Virus record (IMG/VR): IMGVR_UViG_3300028591_005215
Coordinates: 96,001 to 160,000 of that record
Reading direction: 5' to 3' (one strand)
Length of the DNA stretch: 64,000 bases
Source: a virus
Lineage: Duplodnaviria; Caudoviricetes
Position numbers and translations under genes: made by a program. The notes under the pieces are model-generated. The model had not been told where the DNA came from, did not search any database, and saw nothing but the letters and a program-made list of their open reading frames with translations. This document shows, in pieces, positions 18,756 to 29,178 of the stretch. The stretch's first letter is position 1. Every line of letters begins with the position of its first letter.

Positions 18756-20279
18756 TTATATATATTTATTATTTAAATCATCTATAATTTTAAAATGTAT
18801 TTTATCGTGATGTATAATTGATTGCATACCGTAATTTATTTTAATGTCCACATAATAATTTTGCGGTATTAACATATTAGTATCAATTATCATATAACTT
18901 TCGGTTATTGTTTTATTTAAATGCTCCCATTTAATAACATCTATTTCTCTTTCACCGTCTTTTATATATAACCTTGCTTCTATACCGTCAATATTTTGTA
19001 CTTGCTTTGGTGTGTAGTTTACCCTTGTTATAACACCAAGTTTTCTAACGTCACCACGTTTTATTTCCTCATTGTCAGCAATACCAAACACTTGAGGTGT
19101 GAATGTTGGTTCATCTTCTATTGAGTTACCAATATTAAACCATACAGATGGTTGTTTAAGGGTAAAATCGAGCCCTACATCGCTTAGTTTTGTTCCATGG
19201 TATATAATATTAGTCCAAGTGTCATAAAGCATTGTATTGGACTCAAAATCGTTATGTGACAAATTGATATCTATATAATAAACACCAGTTGAATGTTGTT
19301 TTACCTCATATTCTTTTGAAAATTCTTCATAACCGCCATTTTCTTCAGAATAAACATCACCTGATACTGTGCATTTAGGCAATTCGTCAAGGTTCGTCAA
19401 TTTGCCACCTATTGTACAATAAAGATATAGCTTATTGTCCTTGTCTATAACGAAATTAGCCCTATCATCGGATATATAATCAGAATATTCAGTTTCTACA
19501 TATGGTTCAAAAAATGTGTTTGTTTTATCTGTTAAAAAGCCAACATAATTATCCTGTAAACTTTCTGACCTATAATAGGTATAAGCATTTTTTTCTGACG
19601 TGTTTTCAAAGTCTGGTGTAAATGCTACAGCAATACCATAATTTTCCAATTCACCTGTAATAAACTTATTGAAAATATCTGTTATATCCAATAATATATT
19701 TTCATTACCAATGTCAAAATGCTGTCTACCTATAATAATTTCGCTTCCTATTTCAGAAGAAAATTTATCGTATTCTTTTGATAACGTATCCGTAGAATAT
19801 ATGCCATCTTCAGGCCACTTATAGCCATTTTTAGGTTGATACCAATTGCTTCCATCGTATGACACTAATCTTGATGCGTTATGTCTATTTTTAGTGCCAA
19901 AATAATCTATATTAAAAGCATTTTTGGTATAATCAAAACCTTTACCTCTATCCCATTCTTGTGGTACAAGGAAAAAAATAATATCAAAAGACGTTGCACG
20001 TTTTTTAACACCATTACCAATAGAACTTGCATTTTTTTCATGCAATTGTGTAAAGTCTAAAGAACCTGCATTTGTTATATGTAGTGTATGCTTTAGTTTA
20101 TCTACATTTGGGAATATTCCATTTTTAACCATTTCTTTTACTTTGCTATGGTCAAAATAAAATAACATTCTCGTAGTGTGTAAACCATATACCAATTCTG
20201 ATATAGGGTTTATACCAGTATTTATTTTGCTTTCTTTGATAATAGTATTAAATTTGCTTAAATATGTACGTTGTATCAT
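18756..20279 (-). CDS. Probable structural (baseplate/tail-associated) protein
   Basis: 507 aa, beta-rich, late motif upstream (20299-20305), adjacent to the spike gene. Confidence 0.55.
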   Translation of the reverse strand: MIQRTYLSKFNTIIKESKINTGINPISELVYGLHTTRMLFYFDHSKVKEMVKNGIFPNVDKLKHTLHITNAGSLDFTQLHEKNASSIGNGVKKRATSFDIIFFLVPQEWDRGKGFDYTKNAFNIDYFGTKNRHNASRLVSYDGSNWYQPKNGYKWPEDGIYSTDTLSKEYDKFSSEIGSEIIIGRQHFDIGNENILLDITDIFNKFITGELENYGIAVAFTPDFENTSEKNAYTYYRSESLQDNYVGFLTDKTNTFFEPYVETEYSDYISDDRANFVIDKDNKLYLYCTIGGKLTNLDELPKCTVSGDVYSEENGGYEEFSKEYEVKQHSTGVYYIDINLSHNDFESNTMLYDTWTNIIYHGTKLSDVGLDFTLKQPSVWFNIGNSIEDEPTFTPQVFGIADNEEIKRGDVRKLGVITRVNYTPKQVQNIDGIEARLYIKDGEREIDVIKWEHLNKTITESYMIIDTNMLIPQNYYVDIKINYGMQSIIHHDKIHFKIIDDLNNKYI

Positions 20280-20307
20280 TTCTTTGATTTATTTAATAAT
20301 AAATATT

Positions 20308-21261
20308 TTAAGATATGCGAACTACTGTAGATAGTATATCATTCAAGTCAAAATTCTTAACTGAAAGTACATAATCAGCTACAACTGGTGGCAAGCCATT
20401 GTAATTATGCACATGATTTAAAAATGCATCACATAATAATTTAAGAAATTTTACAAGCACATCACCTTTAGGAAGTTGATGGAGCTGCGACATCATTTCA
20501 TCCATATCACCATCCCTAATTAAAGATTTATTCTTCGCTTTTTCAACATTAATAGATGTATCTCTAACACCTACAATGTTAATCTTGTCTGCAACAATAT
20601 TAATTGCACTATTCATGTAATTAGATTGACTAATCTTTTCACCAGCTTTAGCATCATAATTTTTAGATAATGTGCCCAAATTTTCCTTATACTTCATTTG
20701 TATGTAAGCAGGGTCAACATTATTAAAAATTATTTTGCCTACATTAAGAATAGTACCTTCTTTTCTTGAACCAATATTTGCAAGTGTGTCTTCCTTTCTT
20801 ATGCCACATCTAAGAACAACTTCATCAGACCCTTCTTTTGTGTGTCTCATTATCATGTCTTGACTGTCCCTTCCAACAACTGACACATCGCCAATTTCAG
20901 GGAAAGAACCATCTGTCCTTGAATCATTATGTATATTACCCAAAGGTTCAATTGCCCTACCATCTAAACAGGCTAATGCTTCCCCTCTACCATATTGGAA
21001 TTCACTTTTGGTATTATATTGTGGCTGTGGAATAATTGGTCCTATATAATACCTATTACTATCTTTTCTCTTATCATCTTCATTGATAATAAACACACCT
21101 TCACCAACTTTAGGCACTACTTGAAACTGTTTAGGCATTAGAGGGAATGCCCAAGGTAATTCAGAGCTCCCATCTTGTTTAGTCCTTGCTTTAATTCTTA
21201 GACCACCTGCAGGGTCAGTTGTAGTTTCTTCTACATGACCCATTTTTACTATTATCGCCAT
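20308..21261 (-). CDS. Baseplate central spike (gp5/gpV-like OB fold with HxH tip)
   Basis: DPAGGLRIKAR...LPWAFPLMP...VPKVGEGVFI...YYIG OB-fold pattern; C-terminal FLNHVHNY. Confidence 0.75.
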   Translation of the reverse strand: MAIIVKMGHVEETTTDPAGGLRIKARTKQDGSSELPWAFPLMPKQFQVVPKVGEGVFIINEDDKRKDSNRYYIGPIIPQPQYNTKSEFQYGRGEALACLDGRAIEPLGNIHNDSRTDGSFPEIGDVSVVGRDSQDMIMRHTKEGSDEVVLRCGIRKEDTLANIGSRKEGTILNVGKIIFNNVDPAYIQMKYKENLGTLSKNYDAKAGEKISQSNYMNSAINIVADKINIVGVRDTSINVEKAKNKSLIRDGDMDEMMSQLHQLPKGDVLVKFLKLLCDAFLNHVHNYNGLPPVVADYVLSVKNFDLNDILSTVVRIS

Positions 21262-21434
21262 AATCCTTTACTTCGTTTATCTATCTCTTTTTTAGCATTG
21301 GAATAATCAATATCAAGTTCTTGCATTTCATGTATAAGTTGCAAAACTTTTCTTTTATTAGCTTCGTATTTATCTTCCAATGCTTTAAGTTTTAAATTAA
21401 GTTCAGCATTAGTATAATTTTTAAAATTTTCCAT
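21252..21434 (-). CDS. Small coiled-coil hypothetical protein
   Basis: Starts MENFKNY just after the upstream stop; overlaps the spike start. Confidence 0.65.
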   Translation of the reverse strand: MENFKNYTNAELNLKLKALEDKYEANKRKVLQLIHEMQELDIDYSNAKKEIDKRSKGLWR

Positions 21435-21435
21435 T

Positions 21436-21828
21436 TTATTGTATGATTGCTGTACCGTTAGCAAAATTTGTATTAATCCCTTGTGAAATCATAGGTCCAC
21501 CTGAATTAGAACCAGTAGTTACAACTGTCAGTGCACCAGGTTGCACTGCGATTTGAATATTTGCATCTTCATGTAAAGCCCTATATATTTCTTCAACAAT
21601 AGCAAATATTACTGCAACGGTTTTATTTTCATCGCCATCTTTAAAGTGGCCTGTAGGTATTCCGTGTTTTTGCAAAGCTTTAACAATATTACCAACTGAT
21701 ATAACAGTGGATAACCCAGGTCTTTTAAAACCGCCTATTGCCATAAGCATTGCAGGTATAATTGGTGCAGCCGACCTTATTGATTCAAAAACTGCATTTA
21801 TTGGTCTTGTTATTGAACTTATATTCAT
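21436..21828 (-). CDS. Hypothetical protein, baseplate region
   Basis: In a tightly packed minus-strand operon; C-terminal VTTGSNSGGP. Confidence 0.65.
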   Translation of the reverse strand: MNISSITRPINAVFESIRSAAPIIPAMLMAIGGFKRPGLSTVISVGNIVKALQKHGIPTGHFKDGDENKTVAVIFAIVEEIYRALHEDANIQIAVQPGALTVVTTGSNSGGPMISQGINTNFANGTAIIQ

Positions 21829-21830
21829 TT

Positions 21831-24815
21831 TTAACAATTATCTGTAGATACTGGTTTATCAGTATTATTATTTGTTATAATATCAGCATATCCTACATTG
21901 TCTATAATTGTAGGCAAATCATAATCATATCCGTTTCCATTGTTATAATATTCAGAACCGCTAAATTTACTCTTTAACCCTTCTAATACTGAATTTAATT
22001 GGGCAGAATAAGACTTGTCAACATTTAACAATGCCATTAATTGTGATAAAATGTTTTGATGAACTGATATCTGTTCTTTCTTAACTTCAACTTTTAATTC
22101 AACAGCCAATTTGCCAACAGAATCAAGAACATAATCAAGTATTTTCTTGATTATTAAATCCCTTATTTCTTTAACTATGCCCACAACAACGCCTTTCATG
22201 CCATTAAGTAAATCATTAGCATTAAATGTCTCACCACCATCACCCATTAATTGTTTGTTAACTGCAATAAGCATTAGCAATTTAGGACTTAATATTGATT
22301 CTACTATAACAGATACAAGTTGACTTATCATGTTGGTAGTAAAATTAATTTTAACTTTTTTGGCGTCAGCAGTTGTGTAAGCTGTTGTTAATGCACTTCC
22401 ATTAGTTTGACTAATTTTAGCCGTAGCTGCTGTTATTACATTACTAATTACTTTTTTCTGTTCTTCTTTAGTACCATATTCAGGATATTCTTGAAGTATG
22501 CCGTATACATCAGTAAAATCTACCGAATTATTCTTATCATTTATATATGGCTGCTGATTATATCTTTTTTCTTCAGCAGTTTTTAGCATTGATTCAAATC
22601 TGCTATTGTCAAACTTAAAAAAGCAATCAGACAATTCAGAATCTTCAGTTTCAACAATTTCCCTAACAATTTCAACAATAGAATTTCTCATGTCATTGAA
22701 ATTAATGTCTGATTTTCCATTATTAAAATCAAACCCAACTTCAAAAGAAGCATCATTACTTGGGTTAGTTGCTGCTTCCAATAGTTTATAGCATACAACT
22801 TTAGAGTCAAGTAGCTTCATTCCCATGACAAAATCATAGTTAAATTCATACACTGTAAGACCTTTATAGCATTGTACTAAATGTTTGGTATAATCACCTT
22901 CCCTATTATTTTTATCATTGTAATCAGCCAAAAAATAGTCACCTGTGTCTATACTAATGTATAACCCGCAAGAGTCCTCTTCTTCACCAACCATTAATTT
23001 TACATATCCATTATCATTTTCTTCACTTTTAGCTATTTTAGTATTTAGACATTCAGTGAGGACTGATATATACTTAGCCTTCGTAGAATCTGTATCAGTA
23101 GGGTCACTTTGCGAATTAGACGGTTTCCACGCTTCAATTGACATTTTAAAAGCCAATATTTCATGCGCTTCATAAGTTTCTACTATTTTAGTTTTAACTT
23201 TATTAATGTCTTTTACATCATCAACCGTTTCGCTGTAAATCATAACAGCAACATTTTTAAGATTATCTAAATATGAAGCATTATTCATTGCTTCAGTTAC
23301 TGCCATATTACTATTAAAAAGTCCTATTTTATCATTATGGACATATGGCAAATTTTTAGAATTCATCCTTTCAGTTGGTAATGAAAAAGCACCGTTTGGG
23401 TCAGGATTTCCATAAGCATCAAATAATATTCTTTTTGCTCTCCATATAGGTTCACCTGTATCCACATATGGTAGATATACATATGGTTTAGGCAAAATAG
23501 TAAATTTAAGCTTTTGCGTTGACCCTCCTACATATGTTGTTGCATAATCAGTAGGCTGCATATATTGCAAATTGCATATAGCAATTTGATTTGTATAATC
23601 ATCTATACTGCTTTTAGATTTATATCCTAAATTATAGTTATAATATTTAGTTTTATCAACATATAAATCAGCACTATTCCAGTTACTTGAAACAGGCACA
23701 AATTGATTGGAAAAAATTCTTGTTGCACCTGTATCTGAAATATCTTGCTCTTCATAGTTAGCACCTATACATAATGCTATTTCGTTAGGTGTATTTTCAT
23801 TAACAATTGCTGTGCCTACTGATATGTTAGACGATTCATTTTCATCAATAACATTAAGATTCATCGGTGTAAAAAGACTTGCCTTTCCATCTTGACCTGA
23901 CATATCAACAAATTTAGTGCCATTTATTGATACTGTTTGCCCTGAAATAACTGCTTCGGTTGGTGAAGGAAACTTCGCAACATGCATTACAAACCATATA
24001 AAAGCATTTCTATCTTCGGCCCTACATAGTTCCCATTTACTTCTCATATTTCCGTAAATAGCATTCCTATTCACTTCATTTGACCCATCAGTTTTTTGTG
24101 CTATATTGTATCCAGCGTTTTCAGAAACGCCAAAGTCTTTCAAAAACTTAGTCATTTCATCATAAAGAACGCCAAAGTAATAATTTTTACCTTTATCACT
24201 ATAAGGTGAAAATGCTAATATACCTTCAGGGTCAATTGAATCACAGTCTATTAACATTCCACGTTCTGCTTCAGCAGATGGCGTCCCATCATATGATTTA
24301 AATTTATATTTTAATTCATCAAAATAGTATTCTCCAGTTCTTTGCCTTAATTGCTTTGGTATTCTTGGGTCAGCTGCACAAGATACTATTGATTTGATAT
24401 TAGATAGTAATGAAGCTTTAATACCAAGTTCAACAGCAGGTAAAACATCAACCAACAAATCAACTAAAAAAGCTTTTAATTCTTCATCAGTTACGCCAAG
24501 TTTTGATAATAAGTCCATTAGTAACCCCAATGGGCTTAAAGAAAAATTAAAAGAATTAGACGTAAGTACATCCATTCCAGCATCAACAAATGCAGGCAAT
24601 TCTTCCATAATTGCCATTGCAGTATCAAGATTGGCATATACTTCTCTTTCAGAATCTTTTATTTTTTTCTGATATTCATTTGCCTTATCTTGCGCTACTG
24701 ATTTTTTCTTTGCATCTAATGCATTATTTTTAGCACCTTCAGTTTTACCAATTAAGGTACTACTATTTATTTGCACTTGAGAAGATACTTTATTTGATGA
24801 TGTACTTACTGCCAT
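21831..24815 (-). CDS. Large hypothetical structural protein (994 aa)
   Basis: Long ORF in the spike operon with helical N- and C-terminal regions; no recognisable catalytic motif. Confidence 0.6.
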   Translation of the reverse strand: MAVSTSSNKVSSQVQINSSTLIGKTEGAKNNALDAKKKSVAQDKANEYQKKIKDSEREVYANLDTAMAIMEELPAFVDAGMDVLTSNSFNFSLSPLGLLMDLLSKLGVTDEELKAFLVDLLVDVLPAVELGIKASLLSNIKSIVSCAADPRIPKQLRQRTGEYYFDELKYKFKSYDGTPSAEAERGMLIDCDSIDPEGILAFSPYSDKGKNYYFGVLYDEMTKFLKDFGVSENAGYNIAQKTDGSNEVNRNAIYGNMRSKWELCRAEDRNAFIWFVMHVAKFPSPTEAVISGQTVSINGTKFVDMSGQDGKASLFTPMNLNVIDENESSNISVGTAIVNENTPNEIALCIGANYEEQDISDTGATRIFSNQFVPVSSNWNSADLYVDKTKYYNYNLGYKSKSSIDDYTNQIAICNLQYMQPTDYATTYVGGSTQKLKFTILPKPYVYLPYVDTGEPIWRAKRILFDAYGNPDPNGAFSLPTERMNSKNLPYVHNDKIGLFNSNMAVTEAMNNASYLDNLKNVAVMIYSETVDDVKDINKVKTKIVETYEAHEILAFKMSIEAWKPSNSQSDPTDTDSTKAKYISVLTECLNTKIAKSEENDNGYVKLMVGEEEDSCGLYISIDTGDYFLADYNDKNNREGDYTKHLVQCYKGLTVYEFNYDFVMGMKLLDSKVVCYKLLEAATNPSNDASFEVGFDFNNGKSDINFNDMRNSIVEIVREIVETEDSELSDCFFKFDNSRFESMLKTAEEKRYNQQPYINDKNNSVDFTDVYGILQEYPEYGTKEEQKKVISNVITAATAKISQTNGSALTTAYTTADAKKVKINFTTNMISQLVSVIVESILSPKLLMLIAVNKQLMGDGGETFNANDLLNGMKGVVVGIVKEIRDLIIKKILDYVLDSVGKLAVELKVEVKKEQISVHQNILSQLMALLNVDKSYSAQLNSVLEGLKSKFSGSEYYNNGNGYDYDLPTIIDNVGYADIITNNNTDKPVSTDNC

Positions 24816-25210
24816 TATTTCTTAAGTTCTATAGTTTTAGTTTTATCAGGTTCTTCGTATGATTCACTTACCATTTGCCTAATCTTTTTCATGTCAAATG
24901 TACCTACACTTGCAGCCCCAGATTCAACTGCTTCTTTGACATTGCCGTTGTGATTCATAATTTCAGTCATTAATTTGGCAATATCCAATTTTGTTCTAAT
25001 AGCTTTGTCTTTGATTGTCATATAATCATTCATAGCTTTAGAATACTTTTGTTTACTGTCCATTACTTCGTCTTGTAAACGTGTAGCGTTTGCCAATTTA
25101 TTCATTTCATCTTGAGCTTGAATAAGTTGTTGGTCAGCTAATCTATACGTTTCCTGCAACAATTCACGAATATTATTGGAACTATTTAATTCAACTTTAA
25201 ATTTTGCCAT
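24815..25210 (-). CDS. Hypothetical helical protein
   Basis: TAATG overlap with the next gene; late motif upstream. Confidence 0.7.
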   Translation of the reverse strand: MAKFKVELNSSNNIRELLQETYRLADQQLIQAQDEMNKLANATRLQDEVMDSKQKYSKAMNDYMTIKDKAIRTKLDIAKLMTEIMNHNGNVKEAVESGAASVGTFDMKKIRQMVSESYEEPDKTKTIELKK

Positions 25211-25237
25211 ATTTATAATTTATAAATAAATATTAGT

Positions 25238-25963
25238 TTATTCATTTATCATTACTTTTTTTAAGCCGTAATACGCTGCTTTATACTTTCGCATACCGTC
25301 TCTAATTTGTTTGGTATTAAGCAATGTTGTTTCTTTAAGAAACAATAAAATAGAACTTTTATTGAATTTATTACTACCCATTTGTGCAAATAAATCTTCC
25401 CAGTTAGTCATTAATTCAATAAGCGCTTGTCCTACCTTTATTTCATCATCATTAAGTTTTAATATATCCCTATCTTCTATAATTCCATAAATTTCTTTAA
25501 TGGTCTTTCTCATTAACTCATTTAAAAATGCTAAATTTGTTGTTTCATCTGAATAGGAAAACTTAATATTATCAATGATGTCGTTTTGCATTACGTCATA
25601 CCTATCATTCCTTTTTTGATTTTTATTAAATTGATTAATTTTATATATCAAATAATTTTTACAAATTGTACCACAGTATGAATAAGCTTTATACCCAACA
25701 TCAGGTTTAAAATTATTAATCTTAGTCATCAAAAAAGAAATTGTGTCATCAAATGTTTCTTTGAATTCTTCATTAGGCGGATAAAGATTATATCTTCTTA
25801 TAATTGATTCCACCATTTTAGTTAGAGCTGGCTCTAACCATTCATTAAAGATTTTATCTTTTTCTTCCTTTGTTTCCGCTTTTAAATAATCTTTAATAGC
25901 TTGTTCCTGCTCCAAGCCAAAATAATTTTTATTTTTTGAAGGTTTACGACCTCTACGACCCAT
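25238..25963 (-). CDS. Phage sigma factor, T4 gp55-like (late transcription)
   Basis: KNYF...LTKMVESIIRRY...ISFLMTKINNFKPDVGYKAYSYCGTICKNYLI resembles sigma region 2 of gp55-like proteins. Confidence 0.7.
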   Translation of the reverse strand: MGRRGRKPSKNKNYFGLEQEQAIKDYLKAETKEEKDKIFNEWLEPALTKMVESIIRRYNLYPPNEEFKETFDDTISFLMTKINNFKPDVGYKAYSYCGTICKNYLIYKINQFNKNQKRNDRYDVMQNDIIDNIKFSYSDETTNLAFLNELMRKTIKEIYGIIEDRDILKLNDDEIKVGQALIELMTNWEDLFAQMGSNKFNKSSILLFLKETTLLNTKQIRDGMRKYKAAYYGLKKVMINE

Positions 25964-26115
25964 TTTTAATTTTGTCTTTGTATTTATATTTAGATGAAAC
26001 GTCTAAATAAGTTATTTTTATACTAAATATCATCAAAGGCAAAATTCTACGTAATTTCAACGCACTTTCTTTCACATTTTTTTTCAAAAATCTCCGTGTT
26101 GCTATTTTGATGTAT

Positions 26116-26151
26116 AAAAAAATGACGTTAACCATTACAATTAACGCCATT
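26116..26151 (-). terminator. Intrinsic terminator after the glycosyltransferase operon
   Basis: Minus-strand AAUGGCGUUAA/UUAACGUCAUU stem (one G-U pair) followed by a U run. Confidence 0.6.
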
Positions 26152-26178
26152 ATATAAATCATTTAAAACTCAATTATT

Positions 26179-26943
26179 TTAGTTTTCTTTGTTATAAGGC
26201 GATATTTCTCTTTCTTTGAAGAAATACTCCTTTTTAGCAATTCCCATCCAATACTTTACTTCATCATCAGTAACAGTATTTCTGTAAGATTCAATCAAAG
26301 AATCCTTTCTTCCAAGATAATGAACATATCCAACCTTTGGAATGACAAATACTTTCTTACCTTTATTAGTTGCCCTTAAAAGGAATTCATACCAAAAGTA
26401 AATTTCAATATTCGGCTTTAACCCACCAATTTCTTTCCAATCTGCGGTATTAAATACAGAACCTGTTAAATAAAACTCAAAAAAGTTTTGCAAACAGTCT
26501 AAATCAATATAGCCAATTTCATTACTAAAACTTGATGCCCAAGGCGCTTCATTACCGAAACCAGCATATTCTTTAGTGTTGAAATCCACCAAATCTTCAA
26601 GTGGCATAAAAACACTAACAGTAGGCTCATTATCAATATATTTCTTAGCGTTATCAAACCAAATTGGCGTATATTCGTCATCATATTCAAGAATGGTAAA
26701 CCACTTATAATTTTCATCTACTGCATTGTTAACTAATGTCTGAAAATTAGTAGCATCACCATTTGATAATACTTTTACATTCTTATAATCTGCTACTGCC
26801 TTAGTAATTTCATCAGAATAAGTGTCATTTGTTGAAACTACAATATCAAAATCATTTGGAACAGATTTAATTGCATCTTCAAGTAATGGTTTAACTTCTT
26901 CATCAAATTTATGTAAAGGCAAAATAACTAATATTTCACTCAT
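26179..26943 (-). CDS. Glycosyltransferase, GT-A fold (GT2-like)
   Basis: ILVILP N-terminal strand, ILEYDDEY (DxD-like), WKEIGG, YEFLLR. Confidence 0.75.
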   Translation of the reverse strand: MSEILVILPLHKFDEEVKPLLEDAIKSVPNDFDIVVSTNDTYSDEITKAVADYKNVKVLSNGDATNFQTLVNNAVDENYKWFTILEYDDEYTPIWFDNAKKYIDNEPTVSVFMPLEDLVDFNTKEYAGFGNEAPWASSFSNEIGYIDLDCLQNFFEFYLTGSVFNTADWKEIGGLKPNIEIYFWYEFLLRATNKGKKVFVIPKVGYVHYLGRKDSLIESYRNTVTDDEVKYWMGIAKKEYFFKEREISPYNKEN

Positions 26944-27040
26944 TTTTTTAGTCTCTATTAAAAATTATTAATTAATACAATACAATCCACATTATTTGGT
27001 TCGTAACTACCTAAAATTTCACTGCATGTATATTTCTCCA

Positions 27041-28159
27041 TTATTTTTCGGCTTTAGCATTTTTATCCTCAACAACTTTAACAAGTTGTTCCATTTCAAC
27101 TTTCCTGTTTGAAATAACACCATCAAGGTATTCTGTAAATTCTTTCTTCGTTGTTTCATAAGGATAAAGTTCATTAGCTTTTTTAACTTCATCGTAAATC
27201 TTAGAAGGTACAGTATCAGTGAGCCAAGAACGTACTGCACTTGCTATTACCTTTTGAACGTTCTTTATATCGTCAAACCAAATACAACAATTTCTTAAAT
27301 TCCCAAAGCTATTATCGTCATCATCATACATCCAATCCAATGGTGCATCAGGTATTTTAGCAATCACAATAGACCCACTTTTAACTGCTTCAAGTGCGCT
27401 ATATCCAAAACTTGTATCATTATCAATCCAAATTGTGATAGCACTATCTCGCAAAGATTGTGCGAACTGTTCTTTTGGCAAACCCCTCAAATCTCTAAAT
27501 GAAACCCATTTAAATGATGGATATTTCCAATAAAATGGTTTAACAATTCTATTGATATCAGATTGGTCAGAAGCAACAATATTAACAATCATCTTTTTTG
27601 GTGCAATTGTATTCCCAAACATTTTATCAACATATGGTGTAATTACTTTAGTCTTTACATATGGAAAAATATCCTTCAAAAGTTCTGCGTTATGATTTGT
27701 ATTTGTAATAGCTTCCATAATACCAAAATCACCCCACTGTGCTGCAAATGGCATTTGCTCAATAAGATAATCATAATTTTGCAAAATAGCGATTCTCTTA
27801 CAAGGTAATTTCTTTGTTTGGTTCATTACATTAGCAAAAATTTCAGGAATAAACAAAATGTCTGAAGGTGCAATTTCTACATCATCTTTTGCAATATTAT
27901 AATGAGGAATACTTGAATAATCTTCGCCAAGCCAATCTTTTACTCCAACGAATTCATCATTTTTATCTTCCTGATAAAGCATTGAAACTTTATACCCTTC
28001 TGAACTTGCAATTTTAGCTAATTTGTATATATATTCAAGGCTTCCGCTAGGATTACCTTTAGTATCAAGAACGAAAAAGAAAACGTTATTTTCTTTCTTA
28101 TCAATCTTTGATATTTCACTTTTAATCCTTTTTAAAGCTTTTTCTTCTTTCTTATCCAT
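27041..28159 (-). CDS. Glycosyltransferase-like, GT-B fold (divergent)
   Basis: PSGSLEYIYKLA, DILFIPEI, SFGYSALEAVKSGSIVI (GT4-like FG...EA motif). Confidence 0.7.
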   Translation of the reverse strand: MDKKEEKALKRIKSEISKIDKKENNVFFFVLDTKGNPSGSLEYIYKLAKIASSEGYKVSMLYQEDKNDEFVGVKDWLGEDYSSIPHYNIAKDDVEIAPSDILFIPEIFANVMNQTKKLPCKRIAILQNYDYLIEQMPFAAQWGDFGIMEAITNTNHNAELLKDIFPYVKTKVITPYVDKMFGNTIAPKKMIVNIVASDQSDINRIVKPFYWKYPSFKWVSFRDLRGLPKEQFAQSLRDSAITIWIDNDTSFGYSALEAVKSGSIVIAKIPDAPLDWMYDDDDNSFGNLRNCCIWFDDIKNVQKVIASAVRSWLTDTVPSKIYDEVKKANELYPYETTKKEFTEYLDGVISNRKVEMEQLVKVVEDKNAKAEK

Positions 28160-28169
28160 TTTAAAATTA

Positions 28170-28520
28170 TTACTGATTTATTTCTTTAATTAATCCATAA
28201 TTCACCATAGTATTTAATACCATTCTTTCACCAAGTGACATAGGTGTAATTGATGTATCAAATTCAATATTATCTAATGTTTGCATAAATGTTTTTAGCA
28301 AATCATAACGAATAGTCTGTTTTCCAGAAAAATCACTTCCTTTAACTTCATGAACAACCTTACTTAAAAGTTCCTGTTTTCCTTCATCATTAACACCCCA
28401 AGTTTCAGTAATTTCACTATCACGTGTCTTGTTCAGGTCAACATCTTCTTCAAAAACAAATTTTTTAATTTCATTTAAATCGAAAACCAAGTTTTCATTA
28501 ATTTTATTGTTTTCTTCCAT
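28170..28520 (-). CDS. Hypothetical protein
   Basis: ORF within the operon; likely start MEENNK. Confidence 0.7.
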   Translation of the reverse strand: MEENNKINENLVFDLNEIKKFVFEEDVDLNKTRDSEITETWGVNDEGKQELLSKVVHEVKGSDFSGKQTIRYDLLKTFMQTLDNIEFDTSITPMSLGERMVLNTMVNYGLIKEINQ

Positions 28521-28524
28521 TATA

Positions 28525-29151
28525 CTACTTTTTAAGCTCAATTAATTTATCAAGAAAATTTTCGTCATTTATAACACTTTCCATATCCGAATAAATGATG
28601 TCATCCTTTAACCCATCAATAGTTTCATCCTTTTCAAGCTTCCAATTTGTTGCAATTTTAACAGGTATTTTACCATCCTTCTTAGCCCATTTAATTACGT
28701 CATAATTAGAAGAAATAATTACATCACATTTATTTGACATTTCTTCGATATTTTTAGGGAATATAACCTCACGAACTCTGGTTCCTAATTTACTCAGAAA
28801 AAAATATGTTGACTGTATAGTCAAAGCTTCTTCATTCAGACTATAGTAAATCACCCTAAATTCTTCATCTTCCCTATTTGTCATTTCTTCCATCCAATTT
28901 GTAATGTCTCTTGGTAGATTTTTATCCATTGCTTTAGCACACCCAAAAATTTCATATGGATAATCAATATAGATGAATTCATTTAATTCTTTTTTACTAT
29001 CAAATTTGATATACTTGCTCAAAACATTTTCAGACTTTTCATCAATATCTTCAATGTCAAGTTCTTCATTATAATCTCGTTGATAATATTTTAACAACTG
29101 TTTGTTTATGTTCCTTATTACGTGATTTAATTCAATCGCTATAGTAATCAT
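28525..29151 (-). CDS. HAD/5'(3')-deoxyribonucleotidase-like protein with a degenerate motif I
   Basis: MITIAIELNHVIRN in the IxIDxDxV position; TYFFL and DVII motifs. Confidence 0.5.
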   Translation of the reverse strand: MITIAIELNHVIRNINKQLLKYYQRDYNEELDIEDIDEKSENVLSKYIKFDSKKELNEFIYIDYPYEIFGCAKAMDKNLPRDITNWMEEMTNREDEEFRVIYYSLNEEALTIQSTYFFLSKLGTRVREVIFPKNIEEMSNKCDVIISSNYDVIKWAKKDGKIPVKIATNWKLEKDETIDGLKDDIIYSDMESVINDENFLDKLIELKK

Positions 29152-29178
29152 TACATTATTTATTTCTTATAAAATATA

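Noticed and set aside
25953-26162. 69-aa ORF upstream of the sigma factor
   Set aside because: Spans a terminator-like hairpin and a structured region and has no recognisable features; more likely non-coding, though not excluded.
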